A stretch of 64,000 bases of DNA. Source: an uncultured Gemmatimonadaceae bacterium. Lineage in GTDB: Bacteria > Gemmatimonadota > Gemmatimonadetes > Gemmatimonadales > Gemmatimonadaceae. The stretch spans positions 640,001 to 704,000 of the forward strand of contig CAWHHI010000020.1 in NCBI GenBank assembly GCA_963829055.1, written 5' to 3'. The notes beneath the pieces were generated by a model that ran no database searches, had not been told where the DNA came from, and saw only the letters and a program-made list of their open reading frames with translations. The translations under genes and the position numbers were made by a program. Of the stretch, positions 49,147 through 59,525 are shown in pieces; positions within the stretch are counted from its first letter, which is position 1, and every line of letters begins with the position of its first letter.

Positions 49147-49887
49147 TTACTTCTCCGGCAGGCGCGACGTCACCTTGCCGGTCTCGTCGAGGAACTCGAG
49201 GCTCGGAGCACCTAACGAGTCGACCATCATGCGGATCCGCGTCTTGCCGTTCCGGTCCGAGAGGTTGACGAGCGCGGCCTTGCTCACGTCGCGTCCGACA
49301 TAGACACGCTGCGCGACGAGAGGGACGCCGTTGCGCGGCGCGGCCCACTTCTGGATTGCCGCCGTGCGTGCCGGGCCCTCCGGTATCGCCTTCATGATCG
49401 AGTCACGCTCGGCCACGAGGTCGTAGATGTCGGTGTCAGCACGATCGGCGATGGTGAGGCCCATGTTGCGGCGACCATTCCGGTCGTTGTACTGCAGGTA
49501 CAGCACCTGATCCTGATTGAACTGGTCGAACGAGAATCCGCTCTGCGAATGGTACGTGCCGTCCGCTTCGCGCTTGCCGTCGAACGTGAGGCCGCCGTTC
49601 TCGGTGCCTTCGTCGTTGAAGAAGATGATCCCCGGTCGCGTTCCACCCGCGTAGCCGAACGGCTTGCCCTTGTAGATGGGACCGATCGAGCGATCACGGT
49701 TCGAGATCACCATGCGCAGCTTGCCGTCCTTCTCGACGACGTTGATGCGCTCGACATCGATCTCGGTGAACTTCTGCTTCTGTGACGCCTGGCGGAACGC
49801 CGCCAGCGAGATGGTGCCGAGCAGCGCGGTGACTACGATCGCGTAGCCCTTGAGCAGCCGCAGCTCGCGGCGAATCTCGTTGTCCAT
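49147..49887 (-). CDS. Uncharacterised membrane-anchored beta-rich protein, paralog A
   Basis: Intact 246 aa; LKGYA-TM, EIDVERINVVEKDGKLRMVISN, GIIFFNDEGTENGGL, FDQFNQDQ, RIRMMVDSLGAPSLEFLD. Confidence 0.85.
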   Translation of the reverse strand: MDNEIRRELRLLKGYAIVVTALLGTISLAAFRQASQKQKFTEIDVERINVVEKDGKLRMVISNRDRSIGPIYKGKPFGYAGGTRPGIIFFNDEGTENGGLTFDGKREADGTYHSQSGFSFDQFNQDQVLYLQYNDRNGRRNMGLTIADRADTDIYDLVAERDSIMKAIPEGPARTAAIQKWAAPRNGVPLVAQRVYVGRDVSKAALVNLSDRNGKTRIRMMVDSLGAPSLEFLDETGKVTSRLPEK

Positions 49888-49966
49888 GAACGTGCTCCGA
49901 GGTCGGATGTGAGCGGGTGTCCGCGAGCATCCACGTTGGTGCTCGCAGAGTCATACTATCGGCCGG

Positions 49967-50715
49967 CTATCGGCTGGTGGGATAGTGACGCACGGTACGA
50001 CCGGCATCGTCGAGGAAGTCCAGCGCCGGCACGCCGGCCGAGTCAACCGTTAGGCGGATGCGCGGACGACCGGCGGGGTCGGCGAGCATGACCGTCGACG
50101 CGCGATCGGGCGTCTTGCCGACGAACACGCGCAGCGTGCTCTTGCCCGCCTGGCCAATGGGTGAATCACGTAGCTGCTGCAATCGGCGCGTCTTCTCCGG
50201 CCCATCGGGTAACGCCTGGAATGCCATGGCGCTGTCGGCGAACGGCTTGATTGGAATCTCCGAACGGTCCGCGAACGTGAGACCCGCGCGCGCGTGGCCG
50301 TCGACGTCGCTGTAGGTGAACGACACTGCCTCGTCCTGGTCGAACTGGTCGAACGTCAGGTGACCGTTCGCGCGGTAGCCCGTTGCGGTTTTCCGACCGG
50401 CGTAGACGAGCCCACCGTTCTCGTTGCCCTCGTCATTGAAGAAGATCAGGCCGGCCGAGCCGGACCCGGTGCCGCCGCGGAGCGGGTACGACTTGCCGCC
50501 GATGATGGGATCAGGGAGACGAGCGGCGTTGGAGATCGTCAGGCGGAGCTTGCCGTCCTTCTCGATGACGTTGATGCGCTCGACGTCTATTTCTGTGAAG
50601 CGATTTGCGCGGATCTGGCGAAAGGCGCCAATGGTGAGGACGCCGCGGCGAGTCCCGCCAGGACGAGTACCCGGCGTACCTGGCGCAGCTCTCGTTGAGT
50701 TTCGGGGTCGATCAT
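49967..50715 (-). CDS. Uncharacterised membrane-anchored beta-rich protein, paralog B, frameshifted
   Basis: EIDVERINVIEKDGKLRLTISN, GLIFFNDEGNENGGL, FDQFDQD, RIRLTVDSAGVPALDFLD. Confidence 0.8.
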
Positions 50716-50789
50716 GGGCGCTCGCCGCGAATGGTACGCATCCACGCGGATGCTCGTGGAGTCATACCATCCTCGTATGATTCCAGGCA

Positions 50790-51110
50790 CCGGGGTCGGT
50801 GGGAACGACGATTGGGCGGATCTGTACTGCGGAACTACCGGATACGGCTTTGCGTTCAGGCATCATCGCGCCGGGGCCGGTGGGAACTACGATCGGGCGG
50901 ATGAAACGGAAGAAGCCGGATACCGCTCGGCAGGTCGAGCTCCTCTCGCAACGAGCCGGGATTTCTTGGGAACGGCCGCTCGGGACGCAGGCGTCCCGAG
51001 CGGCCGTTCCTCATTCAGCTCAGAGTCCGGCGAGAGCCAGCGTCGATGCAAAGCCGTATCCGGCCGTTTTCCGTGTCATCCGCCAAATCGTCGTTCCCAC
51101 CGAGCCCCGG
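50790..51110. repeat. About 320-bp nested inverted-repeat element (candidate structured RNA or MITE)
   Basis: Outer IR 50790-50821 / 51078-51110, second IR CGGATACGGCTTTGC/GCAAAGCCGTATCCG, perfect 20-bp hairpin 50969-51010, extra copy of the left arm at about 50878-50902. Confidence 0.7.
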
Positions 51111-51125
51111 CGCGATGATGCGTAG

Positions 51126-52209
51126 TCAGCGCGGAACTCGCCGGTCGCGATGCAGACGGCGCTCCAGCCACGAGCCATACGCCGACATCAGCGTGCTCGC
51201 GGTAAAATAGATCGCCCCAACGAAGACGTACGCCTCGGTGTGGAAGCCGAGCCACTCGGGGTCCTGGGCGGCGCACGCGCGCGGTGTTCAGCAGATCGAA
51301 CAAGCCGATGATCACGACGAGGCTCGTGTCCTGAAAGAAGCCGACCGCGATCGACACGAACGACGGCACCACGACGCGCAGGGCCTGCGGAAGGATCACG
51401 AGCCGCTGCATGCGCCACGCGCTCAATCCCAGCGCGCGCGCGGCGTCGTACTGACCGCGCGGCACCACCTGCAGCCCCGACCGCACCGCCTCGGACAGAT
51501 AGGCCGACGCGAACACGACGATCGCCCCCTGGGCGAGGAACAGCTTGTCGATCTCGATCCCCGCCGGCAACGCGAGTGGCACCACGAGTGCCGCGACATA
51601 CAGCACCGCGATGAGAGGAACACCACGCACGGTCTCGACGAAGGTCGTCGCGAGCACGCGCGGCACGGCCAGAGTGGACCGACGACCCAGCGCCAGCAAC
51701 ACCGCGAGCGGGAAGCCTAACGACAAGCCAACCGCCGTGAGCATCACCGTGATCGGGAGTCCGCCCCAGAGACGGGTCGGTACGCGCTCGAGGCCTGCGC
51801 CGCCGTGCATGAGCCAGAACGCCGCGATCAAGCCCGACGACCCAGGCGCCGATGAGCCACCGTCGCCAGACACCACGGGAGGGCCGAGGCGACGATGAGT
51901 GCGACCAGCAGACGTCAGTGCGATGCTGGCTCGCCACCGCTCATTCGGCGGATACAATCCGAACACCACGAACGCGAGCTTGTGGCCGACGAACGCCCAG
52001 CATGCTCCGCTCGCCGCTCGGCAGTCTTCCGCCGAACCCGTCCACCGGGCGCCGATCAGGGCCCATCGACTGAGTGGAATGGCGACCGCGGCGACAACCA
52101 GTGCGACGACGGCGGTGAGCAGCGCGTCGGAGGGTGTCGCAACGCTCCGCCGCAGGAACGCGGCAACGCCGGTGGACGCTGGCGGGCGCGCAGCCGACGT
52201 ACGTGTCAT
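51126..52209 (-). CDS. aapM: Polar amino acid ABC permease (AapM-like), frameshifted
   Basis: GACWAF, FGLYP..ERWR, WGGL, LALGRRS, VRGVPLI, SEAVRSGLQ.VPRGQYDAA, ILPQAL. Confidence 0.8.
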
Positions 52210-52213
52210 CGCG

Positions 52214-53307
52214 TCAGGCGGCCGGACGCAACAGCCGCCGGTTGTACGCGTTCATCGCCGCTGCCACCATGAGGCTCAGCGTCAGATAGACGACGATCAT
52301 GATGAGCATCGTCTCGATGGCGTGCCCGGTCTGGTTCGCCGTCGTGTTCAGGATGCTCACGACGTCCGGAAAGCCGATCGCCACCGCGAGGCTCGAGTTT
52401 TTCGTCAGGCTCACGCAATTCGTCGCGATGAGAGGGACCATCGCGCGGAGCGCCTGTGGGACGACGACGAATCGCATCGTCTGCCCGCGCGAGAGCCCTA
52501 ACGCGACCGCGGCGTCGCGCTGCCGAGCCGGAACGGCCAGCACGGCACCGCGAACGACCTCGGAGATGTGCGCGGCATGGTGCAGTACGAGCGCCCCGAG
52601 CAGCGCTGTCAGTTCCGGCGAGATCGTGATGCCGTCGACGAAGTTGAAGCCCTGCAGATGCGGACGTTCGAGCACGGGCACCGCGACGGCGATCGACCCA
52701 ATCATCGCGAGCCCCAGGGCCCCGGCGAGAACCTTCCAGGCGACAGCGCGCCGAATGGGTCGCGCGCGACGCGCCGACCACGAGCACGGCCAGGAGTGCG
52801 ACGCCTAACGTCAGCTGCACCGCGGACAACGACAGCGACGGCATCACCAGCCCACGGTCCGACACGAACACGCTCGGCAACGGCTCCAGCGCGCCTCGCG
52901 CCGGCGGCAGCGTGTGCATCGTCGCCGCGAGAAACAGGAGCAGCAGCAGCAACGGCACGTTCCGCACGAGCTCCACGATTCGCCCGCGCGACGCCGCGCA
53001 CGGCGGGGTTGCGTCGCGAGCCGCAGAATCCCGAGTACGAAGCCGAGCGCGATCGCGAGGATCCAGCCGAGTACGGAGACGCGTGCCGTGTTCGCGAGCC
53101 CGACGAGGATCGCGCGCACGAACGTGTCGGCCGGCGAGTACGCGATCGGCGCGTCGCCGATCTCGAAGTTCGCCGGCTGTCTCAGGAAGCCGAAGCCGAG
53201 TGAGATGCCGTGCTGGTCGAGCGTGTTCGCGGTGTTGTGGCCGAGCCACCAGAGCGCGGCGGCGGCAACTCCCAGCGCGATTGCCTGACTGCGGCCTGCC
53301 GCCTCAC
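52214..53307 (-). CDS. aapQ: Polar amino acid ABC permease (AapQ-like), frameshifted; start uncertain
   Basis: GFGFLRQPANFEI, RAILVGLANT, VELVRNVPLLL, GFNFVDG..ISPEL, NSSLAVAIGFPD, NTTANQTGHAIE. Confidence 0.8.
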
Positions 53308-53314
53308 AACCGAA

Positions 53315-53383
53315 GCCCTCTACCAATACGCTCGCGATTCCTCGACTCACGGCCTGCTCGAGCATCGATCGCTCGGAATGACA
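53315..53383. repeat. Half copy (right arm) of GTCATTCCGAGC-type element between aapJ and aapQ
   Basis: CCCTCTACC...GATTCCTCGACT...CGCTCGGAATGACA. Confidence 0.6.
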
Positions 53384-53386
53384 CGG

Positions 53387-54486
53387 TCACCGGAACGGTG
53401 GGGCGTACATCAGGCCGCCGTCGGTCCACAATGCATTCAGGCCGCGCGTCATTCCGAGCGGCGTTTTCGGGCCGAGGCTGCGGTCGAAGATCTCGCCGTA
53501 GTTCCCGACTTTCTCGATGACGCGCGCGGTCCAGCGCGCGTCGAGACCGAAGCCGTCGGTGACGCCCGGCTCGAGGCCGAGAAATCGTTTGACTGGACGG
53601 GTCGGCGCTCGTCTCGAATGTGGCGACATTCGCCTGCGTGATCCCTATCTCCTCGGCCTGCACCGGAACGCGGAACACCCAGTTGATGAGCTCGAGCCAC
53701 TGGTCGTCGCCGTAACGAACGACCGGCGCGATCGGCTCCTTGGACAGACGGTCCGGGAGGACGATGTAGTCGTTAGGATTTCGCAGCATCGTGCGCGTCG
53801 TCGCCAGGCCGGCGCCATCCTGGGTGATGACGTCGCAGCGCCCGCCAGCGAGCGCGGAGACGGCGCCGCGCAGATCCTCGATGACGACCGGCCGGAACTT
53901 GATGTTGTTGCGGCGCGCGAAGTCGGTGAGGTTGAGCTCCGTCGTCGTGCCCTGCTGCACGCAGACCGTCGCGCCGTCGAGCGCCGCGGCCTTGCTGACG
54001 TTCAGCGCCTTCGGGCACGAGGAACGCCTGGCCGTCGTAGAGGTAGACGGGCCCGAAGTGAAAGCCGCGCTGCATCGTGCGACTGATCGTGAGCGACGTG
54101 CCGTTCACGAGGAGATCGACCTCTCCCGATTGCAGGCCGGAGAACCGCTGCGACTGGGTGTATGGTACGAACTCGACCTTGGCGGGGTCGCCGAACACCG
54201 CGACAGCAACGGCGCGACAGAAGTCGACGTCGAATCCCTGCCACTGTCCTGCGTCGTTAGGCGTCGCGAAGCCGGCGGCCTGCGAGATGCCGCACCGCAC
54301 CGAGCCTCGTGCGCGAACAGCCCGGAGCGTCGCGCCCGCGACTCCGGATTTCGCCGACGCTCCGTTCGTCGAGGCAGACGCCGCGCGATTGGTGTCCGCG
54401 GATGAGCCGGCGCTCGACGAGCATGCCGTCACCACCGTCGCGCACAGTAGCAGCAACGCGCGTACGCGAAGCCGACGCACGCTCAC
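53387..54486 (-). CDS. aapJ: Amino acid ABC substrate-binding lipoprotein (AapJ-like), frameshifted
   Basis: Lipobox VVTAC; GFDVDFCRAVA, RFSGLQSGEVDLL, YDGQAF, GTTTELNL, SKEPIAP, VGNYGEIFDR, RGLNALW.DGGLMYAPPFR. Confidence 0.88.
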
Positions 54487-55701
54487 GGCGTCTCCGCGGA
54501 GACCAGCTGCAGCTGATCGAGCCCGTACGCCAGATCGGCGATGAGATCCGCGGGATCCTCGAGTCCAACATGAAGTCTGATGTACGGCCCACCCGCCGTC
54601 CACCGCGTGGCCGCGCGGTGCGGCGACGGATTCATCGGGATCGCGAGGCTCTCGAATCCGCCGAAGCTCGCCCCCATGCCGAACAGCCGCAGCGAATTCA
54701 GCATCGCGTCCACAGCCGCTTTCGGAACGGGATTCAGCACGACACCGAACAAGCCACTCGCCCCCGTGAAGTCCCGCTTCCAGAGCGCGTGCCCCGCATC
54801 GCTCGGCAACGCCGGATACACGACGCGTTTGACCTCAGGGCGTGTCATGAGCCACTCGGCCACCTGCAGCGTACTGCGCTCGTGGCGCTCGAGTCGAATG
54901 CCTAACGTCCGAAGGCCGCGAAGCGCGAGGAACGCGTCGTCGGGACTCACGCAGTAGCCCAGCTCGGCCACCATCGACCGGACGGTGTCGTAATACGGCT
55001 CGGTCGTCGCGATGGTGCCGAGCATGACGTCCGAATGTCCGCCGATGTACTTCGTGGCCGCGATGATCGACACGTCCACACCATGCCTGCATGCCGGCGA
55101 AGAAGTAGGGCGTCGCCCACGTGTTGTCCATGACCACGACCGCGCCCGCCGCGTGCGCCACTGCCGCAATCGCCGGAACGTCCTGCACCTCGAACGTGAT
55201 CGAGCCCGGGGACTCGACGAACACAACGCGCGTCTCCGGACGCATCAACTCCGCGATGCCGCCTCCGACGCACGGGTCGTAGAACGTCGTCGTGATGCCG
55301 TAGCGCGGGAGGATCGCCTTGCAGAAATGCCGCGTCGGCGCGTAGGCCGAGTCGGTCATGAGCAGGTGGTCGCCGCTCTTGAGCAGCGCGAGCAGTGCTG
55401 TCGTCACCGCGGCGAGACCGGACGGCAGCAGCATCGCGCGATACGCGCCCTCGAGCGTCGCGATCGCCTCCTCGAGCGCGAACGTCGTTGGCGTACCGAG
55501 CTGGCCGTAGCGCACGACGTCGAAGCGGCGTGAGTGCTCGCGCGACGCCTCCCACTCCTCGACGGTGGGAAACAGGATCGTCGAGGCGCGATACACCGGC
55601 GGACTCACGGCGCCCTGCCGATCCTCCGGGAACCCGCCGACGTGCGTCAGCAGCGTGTCGCGACGGAATCGGCGATCGTCGTCAGGTGACGGTTTCTTCA
55701 A
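54483..55701 (-). CDS. metC: Cystathionine beta-lyase / C-S lyase, frameshift near 55085
   Basis: VSPPVYRASTILF, YGQLGTPT, PSGLAA, ESPGSITFEVQD, MDNTWATP, ATKYIGGHSD, FGMGASFGGFESL, RLHVGLED. Confidence 0.9.
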
Positions 55702-57081
55702 TGAGATGTCTTCGCGGTGGTGTTCTGGGAGCCTTGCTGAACGATACGCTGGTGTTTCAGGCCCCACCGGTTGCTCGGTCGCCACGCGAGGCGCTCGGCC
55801 AGAAGCTCGCGCGCTTCGGCGAAGCGGCGTCCGCGAACCGCGGCGTCAATGAGCAGCTGGTCGAACACGTCGCGCTGGGCGTGACTCGCGCCTATCCGAC
55901 GGACGCGGCGCCTCACGGGCATGAGCTCGTCGACGGCTTCGGCATAGGCGCCACGCCGATGCGCAACCACTGCACGCGCGAGCGGCAGCCCCACGTCCGC
56001 CATCACCTCGGCTTCGGTTCCCTGCCCGCTCGCCGCGAATCGCTCGCACGACGTCAGGAACTCTTCCACGACGGTACCGTTGCCGGCGGCCGCGAGAGCC
56101 ATGAGATAGTGCAGGTCGACGAACACGAGCGCGTGGTCATCGACGTGCGACGCGGCACGGGCAGCCAGCTCGGTCCACCGCGCGCCGACGCTCACGTCCG
56201 CCTGCTCCAACCGCCAGAGCAACGACACGGCGTTGGCCATGTCGAGATACTCGTCGGTCGACTCGGCTCGCACTTCGCGGTCGTACAACGCGAGCACGCG
56301 ATCGTGCTGCTCGAGCTCGAGGTGATACAGCCCTTCGTGCCACTTGAGGTGCAGCGCGAAGTTGCTGCACTCGTGCCACTCGTCAGCCAGGTCCGCGATC
56401 CAGGCGATGCCATCCTCGAGTCGCCCCTCCATCTCGGCCACGTGCGCGACGGCGTGTGCTGCCCAGATGTCGCCGCGGTCGAGCTCCACGGCGCGCCGGC
56501 CGGTTTCCTCCGCCTGACGATAGTCGCCGGATTCCTCGAGCGCATACGCGTGGCAGCCGAGTACGAAGCCGTAGCCCGGCTCGTTAGGGCTCCACGATGG
56601 CAGGACGCGGGCGACGCGCTCTCGCATCCCGTTGCTTTCGCCGAGGTACGACAGCACGAACTGGGAGACCTTGAGGGCGACGAGGTCGCGCGGAAACTCG
56701 TCGAGTAGCGTGTCCCACACGCCGGCAGCGCCGCGCATGTCGCCGCGCGACCAGGCGTCGAGCGCGGTGCAGTGCAGCTGCTCTCGCCGGGCGATCACGT
56801 TGCGTGCGCGCTTGCGCCCGGGTGAGTGCCTGACGAGCGCGCGGCATCGCGTCGCGTTTGCTCGACAGCATGGCGAGGTAGCCGTCGACGCAGTGGGCGA
56901 GCACGCACGTCGGGTCGTGGGCAAGGACGGCGGAGAGGCGATCGCGCGTGTCGCGTCGTGCGCGCGCATAGCCCGTGACGGTGTGGTCGAGCAGCCGCAC
57001 CGTCTCCTGACTCGCGGCCTGCACCAGCTCGCCGTTCATGTCACGCATGTCACGAAGGCTCGACACGGTCACCCTCGGCAC
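55698..57081 (-). CDS. TTC38-like tetratricopeptide-repeat protein, frameshift near 56860
   Basis: REQLH, LDEFPRDLVAL, GCHAYALEE, DIWAAHAVAHVAEM, HLKWHEGL, SLLWRLE, IGASHAQRDVF, as in the TTC38 family. Confidence 0.8.
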
Positions 57082-57085
57082 TCGC

Positions 57086-58067
57086 TCACACGACCCAATA
57101 GCGCACGATCGGATCGCCCGTATTCACGACTTTGTGCGCCCACACCAGTCCAGCGATTCCGGCCCCACTCGATCGAACGGTTTCGACGACTTCACCGAAC
57201 ACGTTGCACACCTCCGCGACTTCCTGGCCGGCCACGAGCTCATCACCAATGCGAACACGCAGCCGCAGCAGGCCAGCCCGCGTCGCGCGGACGACCTTCC
57301 GCTCGAGTCCCGACACTCGCGGGCCCGGGGCGGTAGGCGCGCCGTCGATCATGCGAAGATAGCGCATGACGTTCGTGACGCCATCGACGTGCACCTTCAC
57401 GTCTGCGTCTTCCAGCGTGCCGTTGCCACCCGACTCGGCGAAGATCGAGACGACGCCGCGCCGCGTGGCCGCGTAGGCGATGCCGTCGGAGAATGGCGGG
57501 ACCTTCCCGTCTGGCGTCGCGAGCGAAATCAGCCTCGGGGAATAGAGTCGCGCCAGTGCTTCGCCCTGCTCGTCGAGCTCGTGGTTGCCGGTCAGTGCGT
57601 AGCCGGCGAATGGCATCAACATCTCACCAAGATCGCCAGCGTGAAGATCGATGTGATAGCCGGCGCGACCGATGATCTCATCGAGCAGCACGCACGCGAG
57701 CCGTCTCCGAGATGGAGCCGTCAGCGCGTCCGGGCGCGACCTTGTTCAGATTGAGACCGTCGAGCGGCGATACGAAGCCGGTGCGACTGTCGAACATCCG
57801 GAGGTTCACGACCGGCACGGCGATGACGGCGCCACGCAGTGTCTCGGGCCGCAGCGATTGTACGATGCGCAGGACGGCGTCGATCGGCGCGTACTCGGTG
57901 GCGTGCACGCCGGCGGTGAGACACAGGATCGGGCCGTCGTCGATGCCGTTCGCGATGACGAGCGGCAGTTGAATGGGACCCGACGCCGTCTCACCGATGG
58001 TGATGAAGCCCTGCGCTCGTTGTCCACGCTCCGCGACGACGCCGCGGATTCCGAGCACGTCTTTCAT
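57086..58067 (-). CDS. Succinylglutamate desuccinylase/aspartoacylase (M14-like) Zn deacylase, frameshift near 57695
   Basis: AGVHATE, AVPVVN, DGLNLNKVAPG, IDLHAG, AESGG, C-terminal biotinyl-like hairpin. Confidence 0.88.
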
Positions 58068-59269
58068 GCGACCGTCGCCGGAGTGCGCGTGTCGGTCATC
58101 GCGCGATACGCGGCCGCGAGGCGTCGGATGCCGTCGTCGACCTCGTCCGTGGTCGCGTGGCTGTAGGCGACGCGGAGGTGATTCTTCGGATGCGGCGCAT
58201 CGGGGCTCGCGAAGAACTTGCTGCCCGCGAGCACCGTCACGCCGCCCTCGCTGGCGGAGCGAGCGAGGCGGTCGCAGTCGACGTCGTCGGGGAATGTGAG
58301 CCACACGTAGTAGCCGCCCTGCGGAATCTCGAACATCGCGTCAGGCAGCTCGCGCCGCAGTGCGGCGACCATCGCATCGCGATTCTGGCGATACGTCGTC
58401 TGTACGCGCTCGATGTGCTCCGGCAGTCGACCGCCGCCGAGGAACTCGGCGATGATGCGTTGCGTGAGCGGACAGGAACCGCCGTCGGATTTGAGCTGGA
58501 TCATGCGCGCGATCATGTCGGTCGACGCTACCGCCCAACCCACGCGAAGCCCGGGTGCCATGAGCTTGGAGAACGTGCCGACGTAGACGACCGTGTCGTC
58601 GGTATCGAGCGCTTTCAGTGACGGGAGACTCTCCCCCTCGAATCGTACCCGGCGATACGGGCTGTCCTCGACGATCGTGATGCCGCGCTCGGACGCGAGC
58701 TGGATCAGCGCCTTGCGACGCTCCAGCGTCATGGTGACGCCGGTGGGGTTGTGAAAATCGGGGACGTTGTAGATGAACTTCGGCGGCGCGAGTCCGTCTC
58801 GCTGACGGAGCGCGAGCAGACGCGTGAGCTCGGCCACGTCGAGACCATCGCGATCCTGGCCGACCTCGATGAACCGCGCGCCGTAGCTGCGGAAGATCGG
58901 GATCGCGGTGAAGTACGTCGGCGTCGTGACGACGATCGCATCGCCTTCATCGAGGAGCACGCGGCAGACGAGATCGATGGCGTGCTTGGCGCCGTTGGTG
59001 ACGAGCACGTTCTCGCGCGTCGCGGTGATGCCGTCGGCGGCCATCTGCTCGACGATGCGCGCGCGGAGGTCGGCGAGTCCGGGTCGCGGCGCGTACTGCA
59101 GCGTCTCGGCCCGAAATACCGTGAGCGCCCGCTCGGCTTCCGCGGTGAGGTCCGGAAGCACGGCGTTGGACGCGTGACCCGAGTCGAACGCGAGATTCGC
59201 GGCTGGCGCGCTGACAGGAAGCGAGGCGGCGAGCGACGCAGCGCGGCGCGAAAGGGAGTTGGGTAGCAA
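58064..59269 (-). CDS. PLP-dependent aminotransferase (LysN/2-aminoadipate transaminase-like, class I)
   Basis: Intact 401 aa; LQYAP..G, VTNGAKHAI, YNVPDFHNPTG, VEDSPY, GTFSKLMAPGLRVGW, HLRVAYS. Confidence 0.9.
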   Translation of the reverse strand: MLPNSLSRRAASLAASLPVSAPAANLAFDSGHASNAVLPDLTAEAERALTVFRAETLQYAPRPGLADLRARIVEQMAADGITATRENVLVTNGAKHAIDLVCRVLLDEGDAIVVTTPTYFTAIPIFRSYGARFIEVGQDRDGLDVAELTRLLALRQRDGLAPPKFIYNVPDFHNPTGVTMTLERRKALIQLASERGITIVEDSPYRRVRFEGESLPSLKALDTDDTVVYVGTFSKLMAPGLRVGWAVASTDMIARMIQLKSDGGSCPLTQRIIAEFLGGGRLPEHIERVQTTYRQNRDAMVAALRRELPDAMFEIPQGGYYVWLTFPDDVDCDRLARSASEGGVTVLAGSKFFASPDAPHPKNHLRVAYSHATTDEVDDGIRRLAAAYRAMTDTRTPATVA

Positions 59270-59326
59270 ATGACGCGAGCCTCCGATATGAAGCCGATTC
59301 TCCGGACGAAACGACGTGAACTACTC

Positions 59327-59493
59327 GACAGGATTGACAGGATTGGCAGGATTGAACAGCGGCTGTGGCCGTTGCGGGTGACCTCGCTCCTGCCAAGCGC
59401 AACGACTATTCAGGCGCCGGTTTCAAAGGGCTTGTTTCGCTAGGCGCCGAGTGCCGTTGCTGTTCCAATCCTGTGAATCCTGCCAATCCTGTC
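59327..59493. repeat. Inverted element with 9-mer tandem-repeat arms (ACAGGATTG / CAATCCTGT)
   Basis: GACAGGATTGACAGGATTGGCAGGATTGAACAGC ... GCTGTTCCAATCCTGTGAATCCTGCCAATCCTGTC. Confidence 0.75.
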
Positions 59494-59525
59494 ATGCCGT
59501 TTCGCTGTTTTTGCCGTTTCATGCA

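Noticed and set aside
53448..53462. GTCATTCCGAGCGG inside aapJ resembling a palindromic-element end
   Set aside because: It encodes the conserved PLGMTRGL segment of AapJ and lacks the inner element sequence; probably coincidence.
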